64,000 bases of DNA, taken from the NCBI GenBank assembly GCA_030141605.1, contig JAQGDQ010000970.1, positions 1 through 64,000 of the forward strand, read 5' to 3'. This stretch comes from Tubiluchus corallicola. Lineage: Eukaryota > Animalia > Priapulida. Below, one piece after another: positions 51,171 through 64,000 of this stretch. Position numbers and translations under genes: made by a program. A model generated the notes under the pieces. That model saw nothing but the letters and a program-made list of their open reading frames with translations, was not told the origin of the DNA and searched no databases. Position 1 is the first letter of the stretch, and each line of letters begins with the position of its first letter.

Positions 51171-52311
51171 AATGTACCTTGTATCAATAGTTCCTTGTAG
51201 TACTTTCCAGAGTACTTTGAGTCTGACGTAGTTTGTATATATTATATATATCTTTTAGCTTACCTTGAAATTTTATAGGCCCGTGCATATGTAGCTTTAA
51301 GATGCTTACGTTTCTATTATTCTTAATTAATTTGCACTGGACGCGTTTTGTGTTTAAAGGGGCAAAAGGCGCAATTTTAGAAATGCCTTGTCGTCCTTTC
51401 GTTACCGGGCTGAATTTACGCCAAAATTTGAAAGACACAGGCGGACTTCAGACAACGCAGTACTGCGCACGTGACAGCGTCACTGACAAGGCGGTGTTGG
51501 CGGGCCATTTGATTCACTTCTTTATTCAAAAGTCCGTTACGCTACTATCGAAACAACGTCGAATGGCAGACACTATCGTATAGGCCCAGCTAGTGCACTG
51601 CATACTGTACAGTGTGTACAACTGTCATCGAGTTTAACTAGTGCAGTAAAGTAATGTTACTTGGCCATGCGTCAAAAAAAGTATGCCTCAAAAAAGTTTC
51701 GAAACGAAGTTATATCATTTAGTTATACTCATGTAACTCATTTCCATTTTTCTTCTGCGGTAAACTTAATCAGTAATTGTGGAACTTTTTTAAGTCTATT
51801 CTTGAAGTTTTGCACCGTTTTCTTCTGCTGCCATGCTGTCTCTAGAACACTGGTGAAAAACCGCTGCATGGCTATGTATAGAAAAGAGCTTGGCAATTCG
51901 TGAAAATTAAACTACTGCTGCAAACCGATGACCCAAAGTTTGGTGCACTAACATTTTCATAAATCGTAGCCTCGATTATTTGGTTCTACTATTAACTTTT
52001 GTAACACTCAATAATACTGATATGCGTCTCACGCATTGTAATTGCTCTACTGGCATAAACTTTTTCATTTGTTAACCATTAAATTCTTATTAATAATGGC
52101 AAATTGAGTTATTTAGCCGATTAGGGTTATTTGGGTTTTTAGTTATTTCTTTATTTCTGTTATATCTGTAAACTTTGCCTGAGGTGTAGACGTGTACGTT
52201 CTAGATTGTTTGAGGAGACTGGAACAAAGAGTTAAGACATGTAGGCAACGTTGGAATAGTATCTTCTAAAGAGAAATCACCCAAGTGTTTTCCTGTTATA
52301 CAATATAAACC

Positions 52312-62902
<10,591 letters not shown>

Positions 62903-64000
62903 TTTAACAGCACTGTTCGACTGTATATATAATATATAGGTTGGTATATAAATGCTTCGAAGCTAAAAGCTCCTATGACAGTCAAATTAATGAAAAAGTG
63001 CAGATACGTAATTTTTCACAGAAAAATTAATAATTTAAATCTAAGATTGTGTATATTGTACTTTTGGCTACATGTTCTTGAAAAGGACATAATGTCGAAA
63101 TATTGACAGTGTAGAGCAGGCGCTTGGGTGGTCCACTCTGGACAACCAGTACCTTTATTCCAAAGTATGGCATGGTTACCAAACTAGTGTTACATGTCAC
63201 CCCTAAAAGTACCAGTAGTTCAAACCTCTAAATTATTCTTCTACAAATATTTCGGTTCTTATTGGCTAAATCTTTACACCTTTTTACTTTCAACCAATCA
63301 GGCTTCATTTTGGCTGTCTCTAACATGTAGGCCCTACACTAGTTTGAGGAAGGTTATACAGGGAGGGCGAAACCTACTGTACTTTGGAGCTACACTGGTA
63401 GTCGGGTCGTGCAGAGTTGGTGGTTCTTGTGCTTGTGTTTTTCCAAGCCGCTATATGGCATGTTAGGTATCAGTCTCTTCACATTATTTTTTGTTATGCT
63501 TTTTTATTTGTCTAAAATCTTGTCACAGTTAGCTTAGGTCTTCAAATATTTAAATCGCTTTCAAGTTAGTAAGCACCAGTGGTCACTACTTAATTCAGCT
63601 GTGTTTAATGTGGTCATGTGGGAAGTCATTAGTCATTATTAGGCTGCTCCGCCTCCGTACCTGCAGGCCCGAACCACCCCGGTGGCGAGGCGCCACCAGC
63701 AGTTCAATATAAACCCACAAAATATTTTACTGCAACAAGCACGGTTTATTTATTTATTTAGATGGTATACTTCGAATCAATTTTACCGCCATAATTATAT
63801 GTGTGCATTTTGACTTTCGTCACAGTTATTGTCGCTTAGTCACTAAATGGCGGTTTACCTTAGAAGATAACTTCAGTTGGTAAAAATAATTATGTGAATG
63901 TCTGCATAAACTTCTATCTTCTACCTCAGTAATTACCGAAACTATTAACTACTTTGCAATTTAAATTATATACATGCATCATATATACATACATTACATG

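Overview
AT-rich, intron- and microsatellite-rich DNA from a metazoan genome, probably an invertebrate (species not identifiable from sequence). Manual splice and phase reconstruction gives four genes. (1) The 3' half of a class C GPCR, GPR158/GPR179-like (+, 648-4716). (2) A complete 10-coding-exon SLC7A14-type cationic amino acid transporter (-, 16569-6372, 689 aa), convergent with the GPCR. (3, 4) Two tandem paralogous pentraxin-domain genes on + (gene A 34461-44531/47375, 5' exons not found; gene B 52312-62902, 338 aa, complete with signal peptide). The pentraxins carry a conserved Cys-containing helical extension C-terminal to the domain and have altered Ca2+-site residues. Gene A has a tandemly duplicated, intact last exon with its 3' flank, suggesting two alternative C-termini. 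The rest is decayed LINEs, SINE/tRNA-derived pieces, MITEs, a near-perfect 367-bp tandem duplication and long microsatellites. Most long ORFs in the supplied track are microsatellite artefacts.
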